A stretch of DNA of 32,000 bases from assembly GCF_003324675.1 (NCBI RefSeq), contig NZ_CP030918.1, positions 2,670,001-2,702,000 on the forward strand, given 5' to 3'. Positions within the stretch are counted from its first letter, which is position 1, and each line of letters opens with the position of its first letter. Position numbers and translations under genes: made by a program. This document shows, piece by piece, positions 9,626 to 18,198 of the stretch. The stretch comes from Paracoccus suum. Lineage in GTDB: Bacteria; Pseudomonadota; Alphaproteobacteria; Rhodobacterales; Rhodobacteraceae. The notes below the pieces were generated by a model that did no database searches, was not told where the DNA came from, and worked only from the letters and a program-made list of their open reading frames with translations.

Positions 9626-11230
9626 TCACATCCTGAACAGGCCAAAGCGCGTCGGCTCGATCGGGGCATTGAGGCTGGCGCGCAGTGAGAGGGCCAACAC
9701 CTCGCGAGTCTTGCGCGGATCGATGATCCCGTCATCCCACAGGCGCGCCGTGGCGTAGAGGGGGTGGGACTGGCGCTCGAACATCTCGATCGTGGGGCGC
9801 TTGAACTCGGCCTCGTCCTCGGCCGACCATGTCCCGCCCTTGCGCTCGATGCCCTCTCGGCGAACGGTGGCCAGAACGCCCGCCGCCTGCTCGCCGCCCA
9901 TGACGCTGATGCGGCTGTTCGGCCAGGTCCACAGGAAGCGGGGCGAATAGGCCCGGCCGGACATACCGTAGTTTCCCGCCCCGAAGCTGCCGCCAACGAG
10001 CATGGTGATCTTGGGCACGCTGGTGGTCGCAACCGCCGTCACCATCTTGGCGCCGTGGCGGGCGATGCCCTCGTTCTCGTATTTCCGGCCGACCATGAAG
10101 CCGGTCACATTCTGCAGGAAGACCAACGGGATGAGGCGCTGACTGCACAACTCTATGAAGTGTGCGCCCTTCTGCGCGGCCTCGCTGAAGATGACACCGT
10201 TGTTGGCGACGATGCCAACCGGGCAGCCGTCGATATGGGCAAATCCGGTGACCAGCGTCTCGCCGAAGCGGGCCTTGAACTCGTCAAAGCGGCTGCCGTC
10301 AACGGTGCGGGCGATGACCTCGCGGATGTCATAGGGGGTGCGCAGGTCGGCGGGCACGACGCCGAGAATCTCCTCGGGGTCATAGGCCGGGGGTTCGGGC
10401 GATTGCCAGACGACGGTTTCAGGAAGGCGGCGGTTCAGGTTGGCAACCGCGCGGCGGGCGAGCGCGAGGGCATGGGCGTCATCCTCGGCCAGGTAGTCGG
10501 CAACGCCCGAGAGGCGCGTGTGCACGTCGCCGCCGCCCAGATCCTCGGCGCTGACGACCTCGCCGGTGGCGGCCTTGACCAGCGGCGGGCCGGCCAGAAA
10601 GATGGTGCCCTGGTCGCGCACGATGATCGTCACATCGGACATCGCAGGCACATAGGCCCCGCCTGCGGTGCACGAGCCCATGACCACGGCGATCTGGGCG
10701 ATCCCCTTGGCCGACATCTGCGCCTGATTGTAGAAGATCCGGCCGAAATGGTCGCGGTCGGGAAAGACCTCATCCTGATTTGGCAAGTTCGCGCCGCCCG
10801 AATCGACCAGCATGACGCAAGGCAGATGGCAGGCCTCGGCGATCTCTTGCGCGCGCAGGTGCTTCTTGACGGTCATCGGATAGTAGGTGCCACCCTTCAC
10901 GGTGGCATCGTTGGCGATCACCATCACGTCCTGGCCCATGCAGCGGCCGATGCCCGCGATCAGGCCCGCCCCCGGGGCAGCACCGTCATACATGTCATGG
11001 GCCGCGCTCGCGCCGATTTCGAGGAAAGGGCTGCCGGGGTCCAGCAGGTTCGCCACCCGCTCACGCGGGGGCATCTTGCCGCGCGAGGTGTGGCGCGCCA
11101 TTGCCGCCTCGCCCCCGCCCGCCGCCGCTGCAAGCACGGCCTGCCGCGCGAGTTCCAGCATCTCCAGATGGGCTGCGCGGTTGGCGCGGAATGCCTCGGA
11201 GGTGGGCGCGGCCGTGGTGAGCAGTTTCAT
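9626..11230 (-). CDS. mccB: 3-methylcrotonyl-CoA carboxylase beta subunit (carboxyltransferase)
   Basis: A carboxyl transferase domain runs throughout the 534 aa (for example [10 protein letters not shown] and [18 protein letters not shown]). The context is the liu operon. Confidence 0.92.
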   Translation of the reverse strand: MKLLTTAAPTSEAFRANRAAHLEMLELARQAVLAAAAGGGEAAMARHTSRGKMPPRERVANLLDPGSPFLEIGASAAHDMYDGAAPGAGLIAGIGRCMGQDVMVIANDATVKGGTYYPMTVKKHLRAQEIAEACHLPCVMLVDSGGANLPNQDEVFPDRDHFGRIFYNQAQMSAKGIAQIAVVMGSCTAGGAYVPAMSDVTIIVRDQGTIFLAGPPLVKAATGEVVSAEDLGGGDVHTRLSGVADYLAEDDAHALALARRAVANLNRRLPETVVWQSPEPPAYDPEEILGVVPADLRTPYDIREVIARTVDGSRFDEFKARFGETLVTGFAHIDGCPVGIVANNGVIFSEAAQKGAHFIELCSQRLIPLVFLQNVTGFMVGRKYENEGIARHGAKMVTAVATTSVPKITMLVGGSFGAGNYGMSGRAYSPRFLWTWPNSRISVMGGEQAAGVLATVRREGIERKGGTWSAEDEAEFKRPTIEMFERQSHPLYATARLWDDGIIDPRKTREVLALSLRASLNAPIEPTRFGLFRM

Positions 11231-11231
11231 G

Positions 11232-12821
11232 TCAGTCCTTCCCCCGGCCCGCGCCGGGCTGGCCGCCCTCAGTCAGCATAGCGCGCAATTCGCGTCGCAT
11301 CACCTTGCCGGTCACGGTCATCGGCAGCGCGTCCAGAAAATGCACCGCCCGCGGATAACTGTGCGCGGCGCACAGCCGGGCGTGGTCCTGCAACTCGGCG
11401 GCGAGCGCGGCGTCGGCGACAAACCCGGGGCGCAGAACAACGCAGGCGGTCACCGCCTCGGTCCGCAGCGGATCGGGCAGGCCGATCACGGCGGCAGACG
11501 CGACGGCCGGATGTTTCAGCAGCACATCCTCGATCTCGGTCGGGCCGATGCGGTAGCCGCCCGACGTTATGACGTCATCGCCGCGCCCAATAAAGCGGAT
11601 ATAGCCATCATCCATGATGCCGCGATCGCCGGTCAGCAGCCAGTCGCCGTGGAACTTTTCCGCCGTTGCCTTGGGATTTTGCCAATAGCCGAGCATCATC
11701 GAGGCCGCGCCCTTCCTGATGGCGATCTCGCCCTCGGACTGCGTCGGCTGGCCCGCGGCGTCGATCACTGTCACGTCAAAGCCGGGGACGCTACGGCCGA
11801 TGGCGCCGGGTGTCGGGGCGAACAGGCTGCCTGCGCCGGAGGCGACCATGTTGCATTCGGTCTGGCCGTAGAATTCGTTGATCGTGACGCCGAGGGCGCG
11901 CCGGCCCCAGGTCAGCAGCTCCACCCCCAGAGGCTCACCGGCCGAGCCGACGCTGCGAAGTTGCGGCAGGCGGACGTCCGAAGCGCGCAGCAGACGCAGC
12001 GCGGTCGGCGGCAGGAAGGCACAGGTGACACCGCAATCGGCGATCACGGCGGCCGCCGCCTCGGCCGTGAATTTGGGCAGGCGCGCGGCCACTACCGGCA
12101 CGCCGAGCGCGAGGCCCGGCATAGCCACGTCGATAAGCCCGCCGATCCACGCCCAGTCGGCCGGGGTCCAGATCACGTCGGCGCCGGGGAATAGCCGGTC
12201 GTGGCTCATCTCGACCCCCGGCAGATGGCCGGTCAGGATGCGGTGCGCGTGCAGCGCCCCCTTGGGCGCGCCGGTCGTGCCCGAGGTATAGATGATGACC
12301 GCCGGATCCTGGGGGCCGGTGTCGACGGCCTCAAGGGTGGCGGCCTCCAGCAGCGCGTCCTCCTCGGGGACGATGACGCGCAACTCGAACCCGGCCAGCA
12401 TCGCCCGGCCTTCGGGATCGGTGATGACGGTGGCGATGCCGGCGTCCGACAGGCGCAGGGCCAATGCCTCGGGGCCGAACAGCTTGAACAGCGGCACGCT
12501 GATGGCGCCGCGCGCCCAGATCGCAGCATGGGCGGCGGCGGTCCAGGCGGACTGAGTGCGCAGCACGCCAACCCGGTCGCCCGGCGCGGGATCGATGGCG
12601 GCGGCAAGGCGCGCGGTCATCTCGGCAAGATCGGCGTAGCTGTGGCGGGTCACCCCCTCGGGCGACCACTCCAGCATCGCCAGCCGCGCCGGTTCGGCCG
12701 CGGCGCGGTCGAGGATCGCCTGCCGCGCCATGTTCAGGCGTGGCGGCAGATCCCAGCGGAACGCGGCGCGCATCGCCGCGTAATCGCCGGGCGGCAAGGT
12801 CGGACCCTGCAGCGGGCGCAT
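11232..12821 (-). CDS. AMP-dependent acyl-CoA synthetase/ligase
   Basis: ANL-superfamily motifs are present: [23 protein letters not shown] and GKVMRRELR. The stop lies 1 nt from the mccB start. The ATG at 12821 is preferred because the ORF start at 12917 would overlap the upstream DUF1311 gene by 60 nt. The start codon is uncertain. Confidence 0.85.
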   Translation of the reverse strand: MRPLQGPTLPPGDYAAMRAAFRWDLPPRLNMARQAILDRAAAEPARLAMLEWSPEGVTRHSYADLAEMTARLAAAIDPAPGDRVGVLRTQSAWTAAAHAAIWARGAISVPLFKLFGPEALALRLSDAGIATVITDPEGRAMLAGFELRVIVPEEDALLEAATLEAVDTGPQDPAVIIYTSGTTGAPKGALHAHRILTGHLPGVEMSHDRLFPGADVIWTPADWAWIGGLIDVAMPGLALGVPVVAARLPKFTAEAAAAVIADCGVTCAFLPPTALRLLRASDVRLPQLRSVGSAGEPLGVELLTWGRRALGVTINEFYGQTECNMVASGAGSLFAPTPGAIGRSVPGFDVTVIDAAGQPTQSEGEIAIRKGAASMMLGYWQNPKATAEKFHGDWLLTGDRGIMDDGYIRFIGRGDDVITSGGYRIGPTEIEDVLLKHPAVASAAVIGLPDPLRTEAVTACVVLRPGFVADAALAAELQDHARLCAAHSYPRAVHFLDALPMTVTGKVMRRELRAMLTEGGQPGAGRGKD

Positions 12822-12856
12822 CACGAAGACCTGAGCATTGGCGGCGGCCGCATCAG

Positions 12857-13339
12857 CTAGCCCTTGCCAAGTTCGCGCAGCAGCGCGGTCTGCCGAGCAG
12901 TCTCGTGCATGAGGCATTCCGGCTCGGCAATGGCGCCGCCGGTGCCGTGGCCGAAAAGCCCGACCTCCGCCTTGCAGCGCGCGTCGCGAAAGGCGAGCCA
13001 GGCGCGCTCCATCTCGCGGATGTCAGCAACCGCCTCCGGGCGGCTGACCTTTGTGCTCGCGATCAGCGCATCATAGGCCGTCGTCAGGCTCGCCTCCCAC
13101 AGTTGATGCTCGGCGTCGGTGCAGACGTCGCGGACGATAAAGGGATCTCGCGAGGGATCGCGTTCCTTCCAGAAAGCGAGGCAGGCGGTCACGCCCTGCC
13201 CCGCGCAGTCGACCACCGCACCTTCGCTTTTAGCATTGGCGAGGCAGCGGTCGTGTATGGCAGGGTCGAGGCCGACCGGATCGCCGGCAAACGCCGGTCT
13301 CGCCATGAGCAGCGCCGCCGCTGCCAATGCCCCGCGCAT
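12857..13339 (-). CDS. Secreted DUF1311 (LprI-like lysozyme-inhibitor family) protein, copy 1
   Basis: Signal peptide MRGALAAAALLMARPAFAG. The DUF1311-like pattern is C..AE..LW...L...Y..L ... ME.AWLAFRDARC ... GGAIAEPEC ... R...L. Its ATG (13339..13337) shares one base with the stop of copy 2 (TGATG). Confidence 0.75.
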   Translation of the reverse strand: MRGALAAAALLMARPAFAGDPVGLDPAIHDRCLANAKSEGAVVDCAGQGVTACLAFWKERDPSRDPFIVRDVCTDAEHQLWEASLTTAYDALIASTKVSRPEAVADIREMERAWLAFRDARCKAEVGLFGHGTGGAIAEPECLMHETARQTALLRELGKG

Positions 13340-13893
13340 CACGGACCCACCTGTTGCTGCGCCGTCTGCTCCAGCATCAGCGCGCGCTCGGCGGTCAGGC
13401 GCATCACGCAGCTGGCGCCGGCCAGGGCCTCGCCGCCGCCGCCCTGGGCCAGGCGGCGCGCAAAGGCACATTCGGCGTCGCGCCAGTTTGCCCATGCCGC
13501 TTCGGCCACCTCGAGCGCGGCGCGCCGGCCGCTGCCCGGACCCGCAGCCTCGGCGGTGTCAGAGGCGGCCCCGCTGGAGGACAGCCGGCCCAGAACATCG
13601 GTCAGCCGGGCCTGCCAGTCAGCCGCCTCGGCATCATAGCAGCGCACATAGACTGGCGCGTCGTTGATCTCGCCCGAGGCGGCCAGGCAATGGGCGGCGG
13701 CAATGCCGATGCAGCCCGAGCGGCTGGATGGATCGCTGCGCCCGCTGAGGCAGGCCTCGGTGATGGTGGCGTCAAACGGCGCGGCATCCGCTTGGCCTGG
13801 CGCGGGAGCGGCTGCCTGTTGCGCGGCAAGCGGCATTACGGTCAGTGCTGCCACCGCCAGACCCGCGAAAAGCCCGGCCGCGCTGCGCATCAT
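13339..13893 (-). CDS. Secreted DUF1311 (LprI-like) protein, copy 2
   Basis: The start is taken at MMRSAAGLFAGLAVAALTVMPLAAQQ (signal peptide). The same Cys/Trp pattern appears (CYDAEAADWQARL ... AEAAWANWRDAEC ... GGGGEALAGASC). Its ATG at 13893 overlaps the ivd stop (ATGA). The rest of ORF 13339..14388 is antisense noise inside ivd. Confidence 0.75.
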   Translation of the reverse strand: MMRSAAGLFAGLAVAALTVMPLAAQQAAAPAPGQADAAPFDATITEACLSGRSDPSSRSGCIGIAAAHCLAASGEINDAPVYVRCYDAEAADWQARLTDVLGRLSSSGAASDTAEAAGPGSGRRAALEVAEAAWANWRDAECAFARRLAQGGGGEALAGASCVMRLTAERALMLEQTAQQQVGP

Positions 13894-15050
13894 TTCGCCC
13901 CTACCAGTTCGCGGCCGATCAGCATGCGCCGGATTTCCGAGGTCCCTGCCCCGATTTCCATCAGCTTGGCGTCGCGGAAGAGGCGACTGACCACGCTGTC
14001 GTTCAGAAAACCTGCGCCGCCCAACGCCTGCACAGCCTGATGCGCCTGCACCATCGCCTGCTCCGAGGCATAGAGCACCGCCGCCGCCGCATCGGCGCGC
14101 GTCACCTTGCCAGCGTCGCAGGTCTTGGCAACCGAATAGGCAAAGGCGCGCGCGGTCTGCAGCGCGGTATACATGTCCGCCACCTTGGCCTGCATCAGTT
14201 GGAACTGACCGATGGGCTGACCGAACTGCTTGCGCTCGCGCACATATGGCAGCACCTCGTCGAGGCAGGCGGCCATGATCCCTGTACCGATGCCCGACAG
14301 CACCAACCGCTCGTAATCGAGGCCGGACATCAGCACGCGGACACCGCGGCCCTCCTCGCCCAGCACGTTCTCGAACGGCACGGCGCAATCGGTGAAGGTC
14401 AGCTCGCCCGTGTTGCTCCCGCGCATGCCGAGCTTGTCGAAATGCGGGCCTTGCGTAAAGCCAGCCGTGCCCTTGTCGACGAGAAAGGCAGTGATGCCGC
14501 GGCTGCCCGCGTCCGGGTCGGTCTTGGCATAGACGATCACAACGTCGGCATCGGGCCCGTTGGTTATCCAGTATTTGCCGCCGTTCAGCACATAGTGATC
14601 GTTACGCTTTTCGGCGCGCAGCGACATGCCGACGACGTCGCTGCCCGCGCCCGGCTCCGACATGGCGAGCGCGCCGACCCATTCGCCAGAGCAGAGCTTG
14701 GGCAGGTAGTGCTGCTTTTGCGCCTCGGTGGCGTTCAGTTTCAGCTGGTTCAGGCACAGGTTGGAATGAGCGCCATAAGACAGGCTGATGCTGGCCGAGG
14801 CGCGGGCGATTTCCTCGACCGCGATGGTATGGGCCAGATAGCCCATGCCGCTGCCCCCGTATTCCTCGGGGACGGTGATGCCGAGCAGGCCCAGCTCGCC
14901 CATCTCGCGCCACAGTTCGGACGGAAAGACATTCGTGCGGTCAACTTCTGCGGCGATGGGCTTTGCCCGGTCCTGAGCCCATCGGTGGACCATGTCCTGC
15001 AGCGCCGCGACATCCTCGCCCAGGTCGAAATCCATCGCCGGCATGGCCAT
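13890..15050 (-). CDS. ivd: Isovaleryl-CoA dehydrogenase
   Basis: Acyl-CoA dehydrogenase fold over 386 aa, with C-terminal EIGAGTSEIRRMLIGREL. A strong RBS (GGAGGAGGG) lies upstream. It is the first gene of the liu-type cluster. Confidence 0.92.
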   Translation of the reverse strand: MAMPAMDFDLGEDVAALQDMVHRWAQDRAKPIAAEVDRTNVFPSELWREMGELGLLGITVPEEYGGSGMGYLAHTIAVEEIARASASISLSYGAHSNLCLNQLKLNATEAQKQHYLPKLCSGEWVGALAMSEPGAGSDVVGMSLRAEKRNDHYVLNGGKYWITNGPDADVVIVYAKTDPDAGSRGITAFLVDKGTAGFTQGPHFDKLGMRGSNTGELTFTDCAVPFENVLGEEGRGVRVLMSGLDYERLVLSGIGTGIMAACLDEVLPYVRERKQFGQPIGQFQLMQAKVADMYTALQTARAFAYSVAKTCDAGKVTRADAAAAVLYASEQAMVQAHQAVQALGGAGFLNDSVVSRLFRDAKLMEIGAGTSEIRRMLIGRELVGAK

Positions 15051-15071
15051 CGGTGCCCTCCTCCCAAAGGT

Positions 15072-15093
15072 TATCTGAACGCTCGTTCAGATA
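15072..15093. promoter_or_regulatory. Perfect 10-2-10 palindrome TATCTGAACG-CT-CGTTCAGATA; candidate operator of the ivd operon
   Basis: Read directly from the sequence. It sits 22-43 nt upstream of the ivd start codon, just upstream of the RBS, in the 93-nt gap after the HIT gene. Confidence 0.5.
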
Positions 15094-15143
15094 TGCGGTT
15101 TATCCTCTGCCAGCCCCCCGTTAGTCAAGCGGAGCGAATGCAA

Positions 15144-15533
15144 TCACATACCGGGCAGCATCCGGCCCAGCGTCGCGCCGCCCAGGACATGGACGTGGTA
15201 ATGCGGCACCTCCTGCACGCCATGCGTGCCGGCGTTGCTGATGGTGCGAAACCCACTACCGCCGCTGGCGGGGTCGACGCCCTCGCTGGCAGCGACCTTG
15301 GCCAGAAGCCGCGCGAAATCGGTGATCTCCTCGTCCGAGGCGCGGGCGCCGAAATCGGCCGCGTCGACATACGGACCCTTTGGGATCACCAGCACATGGA
15401 CCGGCGCCTGTGGGCGGATGTCGCGAAAGGCCAGGGCATGGGTGGACTCGGCGACGGTCTCGTTCGGAATCTCGCCACGCAGGACCCGCGCGAAGATATT
15501 GTCCGGGTCATAGCGGGTTTCGGCAGCAGTCAT
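15144..15533 (-). CDS. HIT (histidine triad) family protein
   Basis: Histidine triad HYHVHVLGG is present. The 129 aa size and the FRDIRPQAPVHVLVIPK segment are typical of HIT/Hint proteins. Confidence 0.9.
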   Translation of the reverse strand: MTAAETRYDPDNIFARVLRGEIPNETVAESTHALAFRDIRPQAPVHVLVIPKGPYVDAADFGARASDEEITDFARLLAKVAASEGVDPASGGSGFRTISNAGTHGVQEVPHYHVHVLGGATLGRMLPGM

Positions 15534-15574
15534 GGTTTCCCCCTGCGGTTTCCTGACGCGGCGATCCGCGCCCG

Positions 15575-17155
15575 TCAGTCGTCGAACAGCCCCGGCACAC
15601 GGGCCAGGATTCCAGCCGCCTCGTCGGTCTCCACCCCGAGGAACAGGCCAAGCTGGGCGGCATTGTGCCCCGCGCTTGCGTCCTGGTCGAGGGTCAGCAG
15701 GCGATCACCAGCAACGTCGCGCACTCGCTCGACCTCCTGCTCCAACTCGCCACGCACCATGGGAAGCAGCCGCTCGACCGCAGCGGGCTGGGGCGCGGCG
15801 CCGGCGAGTCCCGTGCGCAGGATGTGGCCGCGCAGGTAATCGACGTCGAGCCGGGTTTCGATGAGCAGCACCCTCGTCTCGATCCGGTCCGATATGAAAT
15901 CGGCGATCATTCCTGCGCCGTGCGGATCGACGCAGATGACCAGCCGCCGCCGTTCGAGTTGCTGGAACAGCAGGCGGATCAGGGCCCGGCGGTGACGTTG
16001 ACGCTTGCCCAGGCTTTTCTCGATTCCGCCCAGATCGGGCAAGCCAGCGTCCTCTTCGTTAAAGAGGTAATCGACTGCTGCAAGACCGGCGCCCTCGCGA
16101 ATGGCAGCCGTGAGGCGCTTCGCGACATGCCACTTCTTGCAGACTACCATCAGCAACTGGTGACTGCGTCGCAGGTCCTGGTCGCGTTCCCAGAACCGGC
16201 CGCCAAAGCGCCGCCCGACCCGGCCGCGCGAGACGAGGAAGTCAAACAGCGCTGTCGCCTCGCCGGTGATGGTAAAGGTACGTCCCTTTTCCGCCCAGAG
16301 CGCGCCCAGCCGCGCGCGCAGGTCCAGCGCCTGCGGGCTGATCTTGCGCGCGAACAGGTAATCTTGGCCCAGCAGCAGATCGTGGTGATCGTCATAGAAC
16401 GACACCGGCATGCCGTAATCGGAGAACATCAGGAAGGTCAGCGTCCGCCGCCGGATCTGATCGCGAGCGACGAGATGCGGGACGAGCGTTTGAAAGAAGG
16501 TCTCGTCCGGAATCCAGGTGGTCTTGAAAAAACCAACAATGTCCGGTCGTTCCTCACAGAAACCGAGAATTTTCTCAATCGTCTGGCGGCGCAGGCACCA
16601 CCACTGGCTGCCGATCATCACCTGAATGCCCTTGGGCACGGGCCGGGTGATCTTCAGCCGGCGCTGGATCTCGTAGCTCAGGTAGAACAGGCGCGACTGG
16701 GTGCGCTCGTTGAACCAGTGTCGATAGTGCAGCCGCTCGCCGCGAAAGCCGGTCTTGATCCAGTTGGACGTAAAGAAATCAAAGCTTTCGATGTAGTCCG
16801 CGTCGTCCTTGTCAAGGAAATCATGGACATACTCAGCGGACTTGATGGGCAGGCAGTCGCCCGAAAGCATGTAGAAATGGGTCGCCGTCGGAAAGGCTGT
16901 CACCGCGGCGCGCACCGCCTCCAGCGTGGCGGCGACCAGCGACCAGGCCCCCCAACCGCAGCGATGGCGCCGGGCGGCGAAGGTCACCCGCTGATTGCCC
17001 TGCAGGGCGGCTTTGATTGCGGTGAACGCGGCTGCGGGGGCGCGGCGGTCGAAATGGATGGCGACGAAATCGCCGGTCGCGGTCAGACGCTGCGCCTGCG
17101 CGATCACCCCATCGGGGTCTTTGTGCGCCAATAGGATAAAAGCGATCTTTGCCAC
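15575..17155 (-). CDS. GT14 (Core-2/I-branching type) glycosyltransferase fused to a ~250 aa C-terminal domain of unknown function
   Basis: VAKIAFILLAHKDP ... HFDRR ... RCGWGAWSLVAATLEA ... HFYMLSGDCLPIK ... IGSQWWCLRR matches the Branch/GT14 pattern. The GTG at 17155 is chosen because the 54 codons upstream (to 17317) are R/P/G-rich and look unlike coding sequence. I do not recognise the C-terminal half. Confidence 0.75.
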   Translation of the reverse strand: MAKIAFILLAHKDPDGVIAQAQRLTATGDFVAIHFDRRAPAAAFTAIKAALQGNQRVTFAARRHRCGWGAWSLVAATLEAVRAAVTAFPTATHFYMLSGDCLPIKSAEYVHDFLDKDDADYIESFDFFTSNWIKTGFRGERLHYRHWFNERTQSRLFYLSYEIQRRLKITRPVPKGIQVMIGSQWWCLRRQTIEKILGFCEERPDIVGFFKTTWIPDETFFQTLVPHLVARDQIRRRTLTFLMFSDYGMPVSFYDDHHDLLLGQDYLFARKISPQALDLRARLGALWAEKGRTFTITGEATALFDFLVSRGRVGRRFGGRFWERDQDLRRSHQLLMVVCKKWHVAKRLTAAIREGAGLAAVDYLFNEEDAGLPDLGGIEKSLGKRQRHRRALIRLLFQQLERRRLVICVDPHGAGMIADFISDRIETRVLLIETRLDVDYLRGHILRTGLAGAAPQPAAVERLLPMVRGELEQEVERVRDVAGDRLLTLDQDASAGHNAAQLGLFLGVETDEAAGILARVPGLFDD

Positions 17156-17544
17156 GGCCGCACCGCCTGATCCCTGTCCGCCGAAGCCGCTGCATGGAGG
17201 ATTTCGCGCCGCGCTGCAATGTTGCCAAGGGGGTGAGGGATGCGCGCGGGTGGCCACTAAACCCACGGTTGTGTCGCGTCCGTGCCGTCGCGGTGAGCGC
17301 TCGGGCTGGCTCCTCACAACCCCTCGCCTTTGCGTAACATCTTAGTCTGTCCGTTTACTTTTCGGCCCGGATTGACCTAGTGTCCGCCATCTGCGGGCGT
17401 TCTGCCGCGCCCCGGTCCGATCCCGCGCCGAACCGTCTTCACCTCATGACCGCACTTCGTTTTAAACCCATGCCTGTGCCTGCCATCACCTTGCCCCGCT
17501 GCTATCCGATGATCGCCGCCCGCCCCTTGAAAGGCGGCTGACGG

Positions 17545-18198
17545 ATGCTGGAATTCGATAACGTTTCGAAATCGTTCTGGACCGGCCGGCAGCGCAAGGT
17601 GATCCTCGATCAGGCCTCGTTCCGGGTCGAGCTTGGCAACTCGATGGGTATCCTGGCGCCGAACGGCACCGGCAAGACGACCCTGATCAACATGATGTGT
17701 GGGCTGGAAAAGCCCGACGAGGGCCGCATCCGCGCCGATTGCCGCGTTTCCTTTCCCTTGGGTTTCATGGGCGGCGTGGTGGCGCGGCTCTCGGGCAACG
17801 AGAATGTGCGCTACATCGCCCGCATCTACGGCCTCGATCCCGACTATGCCGAGGCCTTCTGCCGCTGGCTGTGCGAGATCGGCGAATATTTCGACCAGCC
17901 GGTCGGCACCTACAGCCAAGGGATGCGGGCGCGGCTGAACTTTGCGTTGCTGCTGTCACTCGAGTTCGACATCTACCTCATCGACGAGGGGATGCCCCTG
18001 ACCACCGACGCCAACTTCAATCGCAAGGCCGGGGGCGTGCTGTTCGACCGGCTCAAGACCTCAACCGTGGTGGTGGTCTCGCACCAGGCCTCTACCTTGG
18101 AAAAATTCTGCCGTAGCGCCGGCGTTCTGCGCGATGGACGGCTGTACATGTTCGAAACGCTCGACGAGGCGAAGCAGTATTATGACTACACCGCCTAA
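17545..18198 (+). CDS. kpsT: Capsule polysaccharide export ABC transporter ATP-binding protein, KpsT-like
   Basis: Walker A APNGTGKTT, signature YSQGMRARL, Walker B IYLIDEG and H-loop VVSHQ are present. It is colinear with KpsT, including the RLSGNENVRYIARIYG segment. RBS GAAAGGCGG lies upstream. Confidence 0.85.
   Translation: MLEFDNVSKSFWTGRQRKVILDQASFRVELGNSMGILAPNGTGKTTLINMMCGLEKPDEGRIRADCRVSFPLGFMGGVVARLSGNENVRYIARIYGLDPDYAEAFCRWLCEIGEYFDQPVGTYSQGMRARLNFALLLSLEFDIYLIDEGMPLTTDANFNRKAGGVLFDRLKTSTVVVVSHQASTLEKFCRSAGVLRDGRLYMFETLDEAKQYYDYTA

Noticed and set aside
15072-15093. The GAAC-N4-GTTC core of the ivd palindrome, considered as a LexA/SOS box.
   Set aside because: That consensus belongs to Gram-positive LexA. 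Alphaproteobacterial LexA recognises GTTC-N7-GTTC direct repeats, and nothing in the downstream operon is SOS-related. I kept it as a generic operator candidate instead.
331-17134. Many long ORFs antisense to or overlapping the annotated genes, for example 331..1896(-), 2667..3731(-), 3988..5334(+), 7637..9001(+), 9764..11281(+), 10887..12194(+), 13845..15839(+) and 15665..17134(+).
   Set aside because: These are typical high-GC artefacts. Their translations are dominated by R, A, G and P, with no recognisable motifs. Each lies opposite a gene that has strong family signatures and proper RBS and coupling signals.
17446-17541. A 31-codon ORF (MTALRFKPMPVPAITLPRCYPMIAARPLKGG) ending just before kpsT, considered as a leader peptide or tiny KpsM remnant.
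   Set aside because: It has no RBS, atypical codon usage for this genome (TTT, AAA, CTT, CGT), no hydrophobic permease-like character and no recognisable family.
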